Below, piece by piece: positions 43,415-51,809 of a DNA stretch of 64,000 bases. The translations under genes were made by a program, and so were the position numbers. The notes beneath the pieces are model-generated. The model searched no databases. It was given only the letters and a program-made list of their open reading frames with translations, and had not been told where the DNA came from. The stretch comes from Actinomycetota bacterium (GTDB lineage Bacteria; Actinomycetota; Acidimicrobiia; IMCC26256; PALSA-610): the NCBI GenBank assembly GCA_003134555.1, contig PLBO01000131.1, positions 37,272 through 101,271 of the forward strand, given 5' to 3'. The first letter of the stretch is position 1. Each line of letters starts with the position of its first letter.

Positions 43415-44869
43415 ATGTCGAGCGTCGCTCGGATGCGTCTCGTGCTGCTCGCCGTAGGCATGGCATCGGTCCTGTTCGGCCTCGCATGCAGTTCCTCACA
43501 CCCCGCGGCCGCGCCGGCGCCGCCGCTGCCGACGCCGGCAACCCGACCCGCGATCGCGCCGGGAATCCACAAGATCCGTCACGTCGTGGTGATCATGCAG
43601 GAGAACCGCTCGTTCGACAGCTACTTCGGAACGTTTCCCGGTGCCGCCGGCCTGCCTCGCGACGCGCGGGGTTTGACGTCGTGCGTGCCCGACCCGGGCG
43701 CTTCGAGTTGCGCTCGCCCGTTCCACGACGGTCACGACGTCAACGCGGGATCGGCGCACGGGATTCGTGACTCCGCGATCGCAGTCGACGGCGGGAAGAT
43801 GGACGGCTTCGTGCGCGTGGCGCGCCGGGTCTCCACGAAGTGCGCGGCCGCGCAGGTTCAGGATCCGAGCTGCACCCACGCGTCGCAGGTCGACGTAATG
43901 GGCTACCACGACGCTCGTGAGATCCCGAACTACTGGAAGTACGCGAGTGACTTCGTTCTCCAAGACCACATGTTCGCTCCGGTCGCGTCGTGGAGCCTTC
44001 CGTCGCACCTCTACGAGGTGTCGGGATGGTCGGCCGCGTGCCTCACGGCCCGGCCGAGAAGTTGCGTCAACAACGCCGACCTGAGCTCGACGCTCACGGT
44101 CGCGCGGAACGGGCTCCAGTCGCCCCTGCACTACGCGTGGACCGACCTCACGTACCTGCTCCATGCGCACCAGGTCTCGTGGGGGTACTACGTCGAGAGC
44201 GGAGCCGAGCCCGACTGCGCCAACGACGCGGCGATATGCAAGGCCGTCGCCCAAGACGCGAGCACTCCCGGCATCTGGAATCCGCTGCCGCGCTTCGAGG
44301 ACGTCCGCGAGAACGGTCAGTTGAGCAACATCCAAAACGTCGGCAATTTCGAGGTCGCGGCGTCGACCGGCGCTCTACCCGCGGTGTCGTGGATCGCTCC
44401 GTCGCAGGTGCACAGCGAACATCCACCCGCGAGCGTTCACGCGGGCCAGGCGTGGGTGACGAAGCTCATCAACGACGTGATGCAGGGCCCGGACTGGGCC
44501 AGCACCGCCATCTTCGTGTCCTGGGACGACTGGGGCGGCTTCTACGACCATGTCGTGCCGCCGCACGTCGACCGTAACGGTTACGGCATCCGAGTTCCCG
44601 GCTTGGTTGTGAGTCCGTACGCGAAGCACGGCTACATCGACCATCAGGTGCTCAGTCACGACGCCTACTTGAAGTTCATCGAGGACGACTTCCTCGGCGG
44701 TCAGCGAATCGATCCGCTGACCGATGGCAGACCCGATCCGCGGCCGACCGTGCGCGAGAACGTGGGGGTTCTCGGCGACCTCTCCTCGGACTTCGACTTC
44801 CACCAGACGCCGCGCCGGCCCGAGATCCTTCCGACCGATCCGCCGCCCGGCGCGGCGTCGTCGCCCTAG
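43415..44869 (+). CDS. phosphoesterase family protein (phospholipase C / acid phosphatase AcpA-like), lipoprotein
   Basis: Lipobox LFGLACSSS. Family hallmark IRHVVVIMQENRSFDSYFGTFPG, later WIAPSQVHSEHPP and VSWDDWGGFYDHV. Confidence 0.82.
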   Translation: MSSVARMRLVLLAVGMASVLFGLACSSSHPAAAPAPPLPTPATRPAIAPGIHKIRHVVVIMQENRSFDSYFGTFPGAAGLPRDARGLTSCVPDPGASSCARPFHDGHDVNAGSAHGIRDSAIAVDGGKMDGFVRVARRVSTKCAAAQVQDPSCTHASQVDVMGYHDAREIPNYWKYASDFVLQDHMFAPVASWSLPSHLYEVSGWSAACLTARPRSCVNNADLSSTLTVARNGLQSPLHYAWTDLTYLLHAHQVSWGYYVESGAEPDCANDAAICKAVAQDASTPGIWNPLPRFEDVRENGQLSNIQNVGNFEVAASTGALPAVSWIAPSQVHSEHPPASVHAGQAWVTKLINDVMQGPDWASTAIFVSWDDWGGFYDHVVPPHVDRNGYGIRVPGLVVSPYAKHGYIDHQVLSHDAYLKFIEDDFLGGQRIDPLTDGRPDPRPTVRENVGVLGDLSSDFDFHQTPRRPEILPTDPPPGAASSP

Positions 44870-44992
44870 CCGTGGGCGTCGGTCGCTCGCTACGGGCCCG
44901 ACGGCGTCGTTCTGGCGGGTCGACGAGGCCTTCCTGACCCGGCTCGAGGATTTCGCTCGCCCGGGCGATCGGCCGGACCTAGGAACTTGGAG

Positions 44993-45622
44993 TCAGGCGG
45001 ATGTCTCTCGGCGGTTGCGTCGGCGTAACAGCACGAGCAGCAACCCGACCACGCAGGCCACGCCGACGAGAACGACCACCAGCACGACGGCAGTCGATGT
45101 CGAGGAGCCTGAGGCCCGGCGGGGGACCGGCGGTGGCGTCAGGGGCGCGACTGCGACGGGCACCTTCCCGTTGAACACGGTGAAGATGTCGGCGCCGAGC
45201 GGCGTCCATGTGTTCGGCTTGCCGGTCCCGCTTCCCCACACTTTGGTGCCGTTGCGCGCCAGGAACGAAGTGTGCGTTTCCCTCGCCGTCGCGGCCGTCT
45301 GGTACGTGACGTCGACCTGATACGTCGGCGTGTTCGCCGGAATCGGACCGAGGGGCGGATTGCCGAACACGGTGAGGCGTACCCAACCGACGAGGAAGTT
45401 GGTGGCTTCGTTGACGTCGAGCGTCACCGGCTGCGCCAACACGCTCCCGGTCACCCTTCCGCCGTAGACCTTCAGATCGGGAGGCAGGGATTCGCTCGCC
45501 GGCGTGGTCGTGGTCGTCTGCGCGCTCGCCGGCGCGATGGAGACGAACGAAGCCAACACGGCAAATCCGGCCAGGAGTAGGCATGCCCCGGTCAGGGTCG
45601 GGCGTCGAACGGTGGAGATCAT
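44993..45622 (-). CDS. secreted protein with C-terminal TM anchor, unknown function
   Basis: In-frame ATG at 45622 (MISTVRRPTLTGACLLLAGFAVLASFVSIAPASA). C-terminal TM (AVVLVVVLVGVACVVGLLLVLL) plus RRRNRR. Confidence 0.6.
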   Translation of the reverse strand: MISTVRRPTLTGACLLLAGFAVLASFVSIAPASAQTTTTTPASESLPPDLKVYGGRVTGSVLAQPVTLDVNEATNFLVGWVRLTVFGNPPLGPIPANTPTYQVDVTYQTAATARETHTSFLARNGTKVWGSGTGKPNTWTPLGADIFTVFNGKVPVAVAPLTPPPVPRRASGSSTSTAVVLVVVLVGVACVVGLLLVLLRRRNRRETSA

Positions 45623-45697
45623 CGGTGCATTGTACGACGCGGCTTTTAGAGGTTGCCGAGTCGGACCGCTACTTGCTCCTCGTCGCCTGGACGCGTC

Positions 45698-45730
45698 GAA
45701 GGGGCGAGCACGCTTGGTGCTCGCCCCTTC
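45698..45730 (-). terminator. intergenic stem-loop, terminator candidate
   Basis: GAAGGGGCGAGCAC, a 5-nt loop, then GTGCTCGCCCCTTC: a perfect 14-bp stem. It lies 21 nt downstream of the 45751 stop on the minus strand. No clear U-tract. Confidence 0.55.
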
Positions 45731-45750
45731 GAATCGAGTGAAGGATTTGT

Positions 45751-47466
45751 TTAGCCGAGCCCGCAGTTGAATCCGGGGTTGTTCGGCGTCTGCTGCGTCA
45801 CGGTACACGTTGCCGGGTTAGCGCCGACGATAGGCGTACCGTTCGGGGTTTCGACCTTGGCCGTGGTGGCCGAGTTGACGTTGATCGTAGTCAGCGGGTC
45901 CAAGGAACGGACCGGGCCCGTGCCAGGCGACCCGAAACCAGTCGGGGTTTGGGCCTGGTTGGACGTACCGCCGTTGATGCTGATGGCTTCGGCTACGGCG
46001 TCGAAGAGAGCACCCGTCTTGCAGTCGGCGAGGCCGATCGGTGCGAACGTCTCGACGAAGTCGTAGTGCGGGAACGCGTGGAACGTGTCCGTCGCTACCT
46101 GCACGATGTACGCCGCGAACGGTGACGTCCCATTGCCGAACAGGATCTGCCCGATGGTGTTTCCGGTCGTGGGCGGTGTGCCACCGAACACGGACGCCGC
46201 CTGGTTGTACGACCCGGGGTTGTTCCAGGTCGCTTCGATCTCGAACCCTTCAGGCTGATTCGCGATGCACGAGGGCGGTGTTCCCACCAGCGCCGGGTTC
46301 AAGGTGATCTCGGCGTCGAGCTTGCCCACTACCTCGCCGAGCCCAGGACCAGTTTGCAGCGGGGCCGTGGAGTTTACGGAACCGATCACGACCTGCTGCG
46401 CCGCGGCGTTAGCAGTAATCGGCTTCGTGGTGACCACGACGGCTGCGGAGGTGACGGACTTGATGAACGAACCGACGGGGATTCCAGGACCGCTGATTGC
46501 GGTACCGGCGTCCGACGCTACGAACTTCGCATTGTTGGACGTCACCGTGCTTCCCGCTATTGCGGTGGCGGCGTCTTGAACCTGACGGGTTGTACCGGCG
46601 TGGTTTCCGCCACCGATCGAGGTGATGTTGCACTTGTTGACTAGTGCGACCTTGGTGCAAGCCGCGGGCGGCATGTTCGTGTCGGCGTTCAGCGAAATCG
46701 TACCTGTGGTACGGCTGGTAACCGTCGCGATCTTCGCGCCCAGCGGGACGCCGGGACCTGTGACGGTCAAGCCGATGTCGGAGTTGACCACGACCCCGGC
46801 GTCGAACGGAGCACCCCGGAAGTTGCCCGTTGACTCGTCCGTCGCAAGGCCGGCATCGGTGAAGTTCTTGCTGCCTGCGGTCAGGACGAGATGGAACAGC
46901 TCACGCGAAGGTGCGTTGTTGATGATCACCTTGGCAACGGCGCTGGTCGCCGTCGAGGGGTACGACAACGTGACGGCCGTACACGGTGCCACGCAGCCGG
47001 CGGGCAGTGGCGCTGCCGCCAAGATAAATGCGCCGGCCGGGATACCTGGTCCGGTCACGACGTGGTTGACGTCGTTCCAGCCGCAACCGGCGTTGATCGG
47101 CGAGCAGAACTGGAACAGCGCAGTGTTCGACCAAATGACGGCAGAGCCGATTGTCGTGTGCGCATCGGTGACCGTACGGGCCGATCCGTTGTGCCACCGG
47201 GCCGAGCCACCTGTTGCGGCTGCTGCGAAGTCGTGAATCGTCTCGGTGACGCCCGAGCCGTTGACGAATGTGCAGGCGACCTTCAACGCGGAGTTGACCG
47301 AGGCCGTCACGGCCGGGAACTCGCCGACACCGACGTTGCCCGCCGGCGCGCAGGTCGTGACCGTCGCACCGGCGGTACCCGGAGCGCTGAGGACCACGAG
47401 GGGAACTGCCAATAACACGGCAGCCAGAGCCCCTCGAGACTTGCCGAACGTCTTCCTGGGTCGCAT
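45751..47466 (-). CDS. large secreted Cys-rich protein with [ST]GPG[IV]PxG repeats, unknown function
   Basis: Signal peptide: ALAAVLLAVPLVVLSAPGTAGA. About 14 Cys. Three copies of a motif: VTGPGIPAGAFI, VTGPGVPLGAKI and ISGPGIPVGSFI. No anchor signal. Confidence 0.65.
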   Translation of the reverse strand: MRPRKTFGKSRGALAAVLLAVPLVVLSAPGTAGATVTTCAPAGNVGVGEFPAVTASVNSALKVACTFVNGSGVTETIHDFAAAATGGSARWHNGSARTVTDAHTTIGSAVIWSNTALFQFCSPINAGCGWNDVNHVVTGPGIPAGAFILAAAPLPAGCVAPCTAVTLSYPSTATSAVAKVIINNAPSRELFHLVLTAGSKNFTDAGLATDESTGNFRGAPFDAGVVVNSDIGLTVTGPGVPLGAKIATVTSRTTGTISLNADTNMPPAACTKVALVNKCNITSIGGGNHAGTTRQVQDAATAIAGSTVTSNNAKFVASDAGTAISGPGIPVGSFIKSVTSAAVVVTTKPITANAAAQQVVIGSVNSTAPLQTGPGLGEVVGKLDAEITLNPALVGTPPSCIANQPEGFEIEATWNNPGSYNQAASVFGGTPPTTGNTIGQILFGNGTSPFAAYIVQVATDTFHAFPHYDFVETFAPIGLADCKTGALFDAVAEAISINGGTSNQAQTPTGFGSPGTGPVRSLDPLTTINVNSATTAKVETPNGTPIVGANPATCTVTQQTPNNPGFNCGLG

Positions 47467-47702
47467 TTAGGCTCCTTCAGCCGATGTACGAAGGCGGCTC
47501 GTGCCGCACGCCGTATCCCCTGTGTCTAAGCGATGTCGTTGGGCACCGCTTCTTCCCCCACACCCTTCGGCGACTAGCCGTTGAAGTGCTTACTCATGTC
47601 GATTGCAGTTCTTCGTCTGCCTTGTTTTACCAATCGCTTGGTGGTCAGCGCAACAACCCTCGACCGAGTTCTCGACGTTTCGTGACATTTCGGACGACCC
47701 GC

Positions 47703-48653
47703 TTACCGGTGCCCGAAGCGTCGTTTCCCGCGAGTGGCTGCGCCGATTGCAAGGAGTCCGAGCTCGATCAGGATCGCGGCGAGCACGAGCAGCGGGGCGC
47801 TAGTCGATCCGGTGCGCGGTAGCGCCGTCGGTGCGATGCGGGCTGCAGTCGTCGGCGCCTTCGGGACCGTGGTGCTCGTGGAGGTCGTCGTCGCCAGGGT
47901 CGAAGTCGTCGGGATCGCGGTGCCCTGTGCTCCGAGGCTGAGGAACGTCGGCGCGGACGCGGGCGTGCAGGCGAACGTCACCGTCAGGATCCCGATCCCA
48001 CTGCTCGTGAGGTCGATCTTGGCGATGATCAAGAGTGATTTCTCGGCGAACGACACCTGAACCTTGTCGTTGACGGGCGTCCAGGTTGTGTTCGGGAGCA
48101 GGACCGTCGAAGTCAGAGGTTGAGCCTTGCCGCCCTTCACCACGATCGTCGAGGTGGCCGGGATGACGTAGGTGTGGCTCCCCTGTTTCGTGCCGTTGCC
48201 GATGACGACCAGGGTGACCGTCGACGGAATCTTGTCGCCGGCCTTGATGATGCCCGCGTCGATGCCCAGCTGCAGCGTCGACGCGGGAATGTTCACAGTC
48301 AGCGCAGTTTTCGAAAGGGTGATCGGGTCGCCCCGGTGCGGCTGCGGGAAGCCATCGGTCGCCAACGTGACGCCGACGAACAACGTCCCGGGCGCCACGA
48401 CAGGCGGATCCAAATTCGAAGTGCAGTTGTTCTTGTCGGCCGTCGACCCGTGGATTTTCACCTGCGGCGGGAGAGTCGTCGTCGTCGTGCTCGCAGTCGT
48501 CGTCGTGCTCGCAGTTGTCGTCGTTACCGCCGCTGCGGCACCGGCCGCCACGGCGAACAGCCCAGCCACCACAAACAAAGCTGTCGCGTAGACCGCGGTG
48601 CTCCGCTTGACGCCTCGGCTCGAGAGGACGCGCTTTCGCCAGTCGATCTTCAC
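47703..48653 (-). CDS. LPxTG cell-wall-anchored surface protein
   Basis: Signal/TM (AVYATALFVVAGLFAVAAGAAAA) and Thr-rich stalks. C-terminal LPRTG, then the hydrophobic APLLVLAAILIELGLLAIGAA and a KRR tail. Confidence 0.75.
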   Translation of the reverse strand: MKIDWRKRVLSSRGVKRSTAVYATALFVVAGLFAVAAGAAAAVTTTTASTTTTASTTTTTLPPQVKIHGSTADKNNCTSNLDPPVVAPGTLFVGVTLATDGFPQPHRGDPITLSKTALTVNIPASTLQLGIDAGIIKAGDKIPSTVTLVVIGNGTKQGSHTYVIPATSTIVVKGGKAQPLTSTVLLPNTTWTPVNDKVQVSFAEKSLLIIAKIDLTSSGIGILTVTFACTPASAPTFLSLGAQGTAIPTTSTLATTTSTSTTVPKAPTTAARIAPTALPRTGSTSAPLLVLAAILIELGLLAIGAATRGKRRFGHR

Positions 48654-48730
48654 GGTCTACCCCCAGTGATGCTGCATGTCCCAGGATGCGGCGCGAAGCG
48701 CGCGACACTCGGCCGGTAGCTTGCCCCATT

Positions 48731-48759
48731 GCGCGTGACGTGGCAAATGCCGTCAGCGC
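48731..48759 (-). terminator. imperfect stem-loop downstream of the RCC1 gene, weak terminator candidate
   Basis: The minus strand reads GCGCTGACG, loop, CGTCA(C)GCGC: a 9-bp stem with a one-base bulge. It starts 47 nt after the 48806 stop. Confidence 0.3.
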
Positions 48760-48805
48760 AAGACCGACGAGATCGATCTGACGGCGAATCGGTGGAGCAC
48801 GCCAC

Positions 48806-51694
48806 CTAGTTCCGGAGCGCGAGCGTCACGTGATCGGCGGCGAAGACGCTGTTCCAGTCGGTACCGGTACCGATACGCACGGGCGCGTGCTTTGCGACCA
48901 AGGTGCCGTCGCCGAGCTCGCCGGTGCTGTTGTCGCCCCAGGCCCAGAGACTGCCGTCGGTCCCGGTCGCGGCAGTGTGCAACGCGCCCGCCGACACCTG
49001 CGACCACGTGGTGAGCGTTCCGATGTGGGTGGGCGTGCTGTGCTGGCTCGTGGTGCCGTCGCCGAGCTGGCCGGCGCCGTTGCCGCCCCACGCCCAGAGG
49101 CTGCCGTCGATCTTGATCGCAGCAGTGTGGGTGCCGCCCGCGCAAACGGTCTTCCAGGTCACGGTGCCGATGTGCACCGGCGCGCGGTGCGGCGTGGTGG
49201 TGCCGTCGCCGAGTTGCCCGCTGCTGTTGTCGCCCCAAGCCCACAGCGAGTTATCGGACTTGATCGCGAGCGCGAAACCGTTGCCGGCGCTGACGGCTTT
49301 GAAGGTCGCCAGGCCACCGATGCGGACGGGCGCGTGCCGTTCGGTGATGGTGCCGTCGCCGACCTGGCCCGAACTGTTGTCGCCCCATCCCCAGAGGCTG
49401 CCGTCGGTCTTGAGCGCCAACGAGAACAGCGGTCCCGCGGCCACGGCCTTCCAGCCGACCGCGGTACCGACGCGCGTGGGCATGGAGTGGTTGCTGATCG
49501 TCCCGTCGCCGATTTGGCCATAGCCGTTGTAGCCCCAGCCCCATAGCGTGCTGTCGGATCGAACGGCGAGCGTGTGGAATCCGCCCGCGGCCACGGCCGT
49601 CCACGTGGTCACTGTTCCGATCTGTTCGGGCGCGGCATGGGCTGCGGTGGTGCCGTCGCCGAGCTCTCCCGAATCGTTGCCGCCCCACGCCCAAAGGGTT
49701 CCGTCACCGCGCACGGCGACCGAGTGCGCCGCGACCGACAGCGCCTTCCACGGCCCGGCCGCGCTCACCTGTACGGGAGTGGCGCGTATGCCGATCGGGA
49801 CCCCGAGTTGGGCGCCCGTGTTGTCTCCCCATGCCGATAGCGTGCCGTCGCTGCGGACACCTAGGGTCAATAATGCCCCAGCGGCGAGCTGCGACCAGTT
49901 CGTCGCCACGCCGACCTGGGTGGGCGATGTACGGGCGGTCGTCGTTCCGTCGCCGAGCTGTCCGGAGTCGTTGTTTCCCCACGCCCACACGGTGCCGTCG
50001 GTGCGCTTCGCGGTGCTGTGCGTCGCTCCGCCCGAAACGGCTGCCCACGTTGTCGCGGTCCCGATGTGCACGGGTACGTGCTGTTCGAGGGTCGTTCCGT
50101 CGCCGAGCTGTCCGAATCGATTGTCACCCCAAGCCCAGAGGCTGCCGTCGGTGCGCGTGGCGAGCACGTGGCCGGGCCCCGCCCCGAGCGTTGCCCAGGT
50201 CGTGACGGTACCTACGTGAACGGGCGCGTGGTGTTCCTCGATCGTGTTGTCGCCGAGTTGCCCGAAGCTGTTGTTGCCCCAGGCCCAGAGGCTGCCGTCG
50301 GTACGGGTCGAGACCACGAAATCGAAACCGGCCGCGACCGACGCCCACGTAGTGACCGTTCCGATGTGAACGGGAGAGTGCCGTTCGGCCACGGTGGCGT
50401 CGCCCAACTGCCCGGACGTGTTGTCGCCCCAGGCCCAGAGACTCCCGTTGGTCTGGATGCCGACGGTGAAGTCGAACCCGGCGGCGATCGCCTTCCACGT
50501 CGCCGTACCGATGTGCCTCGGAGTGCCGTGCCGGCTGGTCGTGCCGTCGCCGAGCTGCCCGACAGTGTTGTCGCCCCAGGTCCAGAGGCTGCCGTCGGTC
50601 TGCAGCGCGACGTTGTGCTGTCCTCCGGCGACGACTGTCTTCCAATTGGTCGCGGTCCCGATGCGCACCGGGAGTGGCCGGTTCACGGTCGTGTTGTCGC
50701 CGAGTTGGGCGAAGCTGTTGTCGCCCCAGGCCCAGAGGCTGCCGTCGGTTCGAATGGCCTCGAAGTGGCTGACGAAGCTGTGGGGGCTCGTCGACACGCT
50801 CTTCCAGGTGGTGACTGCGCCGACCGCGCGCGGCGTAGTGAGCCAATCGGGTGTGACCGCGGGATCGCCGAGCGCACCGGTGGCGTTCGTTCCCCAGCTG
50901 AAGATACGGCTCGGGAGCGTGTCGTCGGTCGTGATCGTGCCGGTGCCCGTCGCGGCCGTGATCGTCGCGCCCACGGGCGCCGAGAGCGTGACCGTGAACG
51001 CCTCGTTCGGCTCGAGCGTCAGATCGCCGACGACGGTGACGGGCACGAAGCCCTGTACCGATGCGGCCGGGATCGTGAGGTTGCCGGAGGTCGAGGTGAA
51101 GTCGGTGGCGGCCGTCGCCGTGCCGGGCGCGGTCGCGTAGTGCACGGTCACGTTGGAGGCCGAAGCTTGCGACAGCGTGACGGGAAACGACACTTGGTGC
51201 GTTCCGCTGTTGCCTTCGACCGTCGACACCGATCCGATTCCGACGAGCACACCGCTCGAGGGGTCGTCGTTGATGATCGTGCCTGTGCCGATCGCGCTGC
51301 CGATGGTGGCGCCGGCCGGCGAGAAGATCTGAATCGTGAACGTCTCGTTGGATTCGACTGTGGTGTCGCCTTTCACCTGCACGTCGACGAACGCCCCGGT
51401 CGCGCCGATCGCGAAAGTGACCGTGCCGGTCGTGGCGACGAAATCAGTACCGCCGGTCGCCGTTCCGGCCGCCGTCGCGTAATGAGCGGTCACGGTCGTC
51501 GCCGAAGGCTGAGACAGGGTGACGGCGAACCGGGCGATGTGCGTGCCGACGTTGCCTTCCAGCACGGAGACGGATCCGATCGAGACGACAGGAAGCGCCG
51601 TGGCGGATGCCGGGCTCGCTATGAGCGTCGCGCCAACCGTCAGTAGTCCGGCCACGCCGACTCGTGCCCATCTCGATCCGCGACGTCCGTACAT
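48806..51694 (-). CDS. secreted protein: 2x Calx-beta domains + 14 RCC1 (beta-propeller) repeats
   Basis: Signal: VGVAGLLTVGATLIASPASATA. Two Calx-beta-like units (SVSVLEGNVGTH...HYATAAGTATGGTDF...ESNETF, and its repeat). Then 14 repeats of LWAWGxNxxGQLGDGTT. Confidence 0.85.
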   Translation of the reverse strand: MYGRRGSRWARVGVAGLLTVGATLIASPASATALPVVSIGSVSVLEGNVGTHIARFAVTLSQPSATTVTAHYATAAGTATGGTDFVATTGTVTFAIGATGAFVDVQVKGDTTVESNETFTIQIFSPAGATIGSAIGTGTIINDDPSSGVLVGIGSVSTVEGNSGTHQVSFPVTLSQASASNVTVHYATAPGTATAATDFTSTSGNLTIPAASVQGFVPVTVVGDLTLEPNEAFTVTLSAPVGATITAATGTGTITTDDTLPSRIFSWGTNATGALGDPAVTPDWLTTPRAVGAVTTWKSVSTSPHSFVSHFEAIRTDGSLWAWGDNSFAQLGDNTTVNRPLPVRIGTATNWKTVVAGGQHNVALQTDGSLWTWGDNTVGQLGDGTTSRHGTPRHIGTATWKAIAAGFDFTVGIQTNGSLWAWGDNTSGQLGDATVAERHSPVHIGTVTTWASVAAGFDFVVSTRTDGSLWAWGNNSFGQLGDNTIEEHHAPVHVGTVTTWATLGAGPGHVLATRTDGSLWAWGDNRFGQLGDGTTLEQHVPVHIGTATTWAAVSGGATHSTAKRTDGTVWAWGNNDSGQLGDGTTTARTSPTQVGVATNWSQLAAGALLTLGVRSDGTLSAWGDNTGAQLGVPIGIRATPVQVSAAGPWKALSVAAHSVAVRGDGTLWAWGGNDSGELGDGTTAAHAAPEQIGTVTTWTAVAAGGFHTLAVRSDSTLWGWGYNGYGQIGDGTISNHSMPTRVGTAVGWKAVAAGPLFSLALKTDGSLWGWGDNSSGQVGDGTITERHAPVRIGGLATFKAVSAGNGFALAIKSDNSLWAWGDNSSGQLGDGTTTPHRAPVHIGTVTWKTVCAGGTHTAAIKIDGSLWAWGGNGAGQLGDGTTSQHSTPTHIGTLTTWSQVSAGALHTAATGTDGSLWAWGDNSTGELGDGTLVAKHAPVRIGTGTDWNSVFAADHVTLALRN
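48809..50908 (-). repeat. 14 tandem RCC1-type coding repeats (about 50 aa each)
   Basis: A recurrent [LV]W[AGT]WGxNxxG[QE][LIV]GDG motif runs from residue ~263 to the C-terminus of the 962-aa protein. Confidence 0.85.
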
Positions 51695-51756
51695 GAAAAG
51701 CGCCCCCCGGCTTCCGGTTCGTGAGCACGGGATGGTATGGGAGTTCCTGGAATTAC

Positions 51757-51788
51757 GAAAGGGCCCCGTCAGGAGACGAGGCCCTTTC
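51757..51788 (-). terminator. intergenic stem-loop, terminator candidate
   Basis: GAAAGGGCC, a 14-nt loop, then GGCCCTTTC: a 9-bp stem. It lies 22 nt downstream of the 51810 stop. On the minus strand it is followed by a T-rich GTAATT. Confidence 0.5.
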
Positions 51789-51809
51789 GCGTAGTGCGGT
51801 TTGATCAGA

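Noticed and set aside
48809-50908. Regular ~150-bp periodicity that could be mistaken for a CRISPR or satellite array.
   Set aside because: The periodicity is the coding repeat of the 14 RCC1 blades within one long ORF. There are no unique spacers between identical short repeats and no cas genes.
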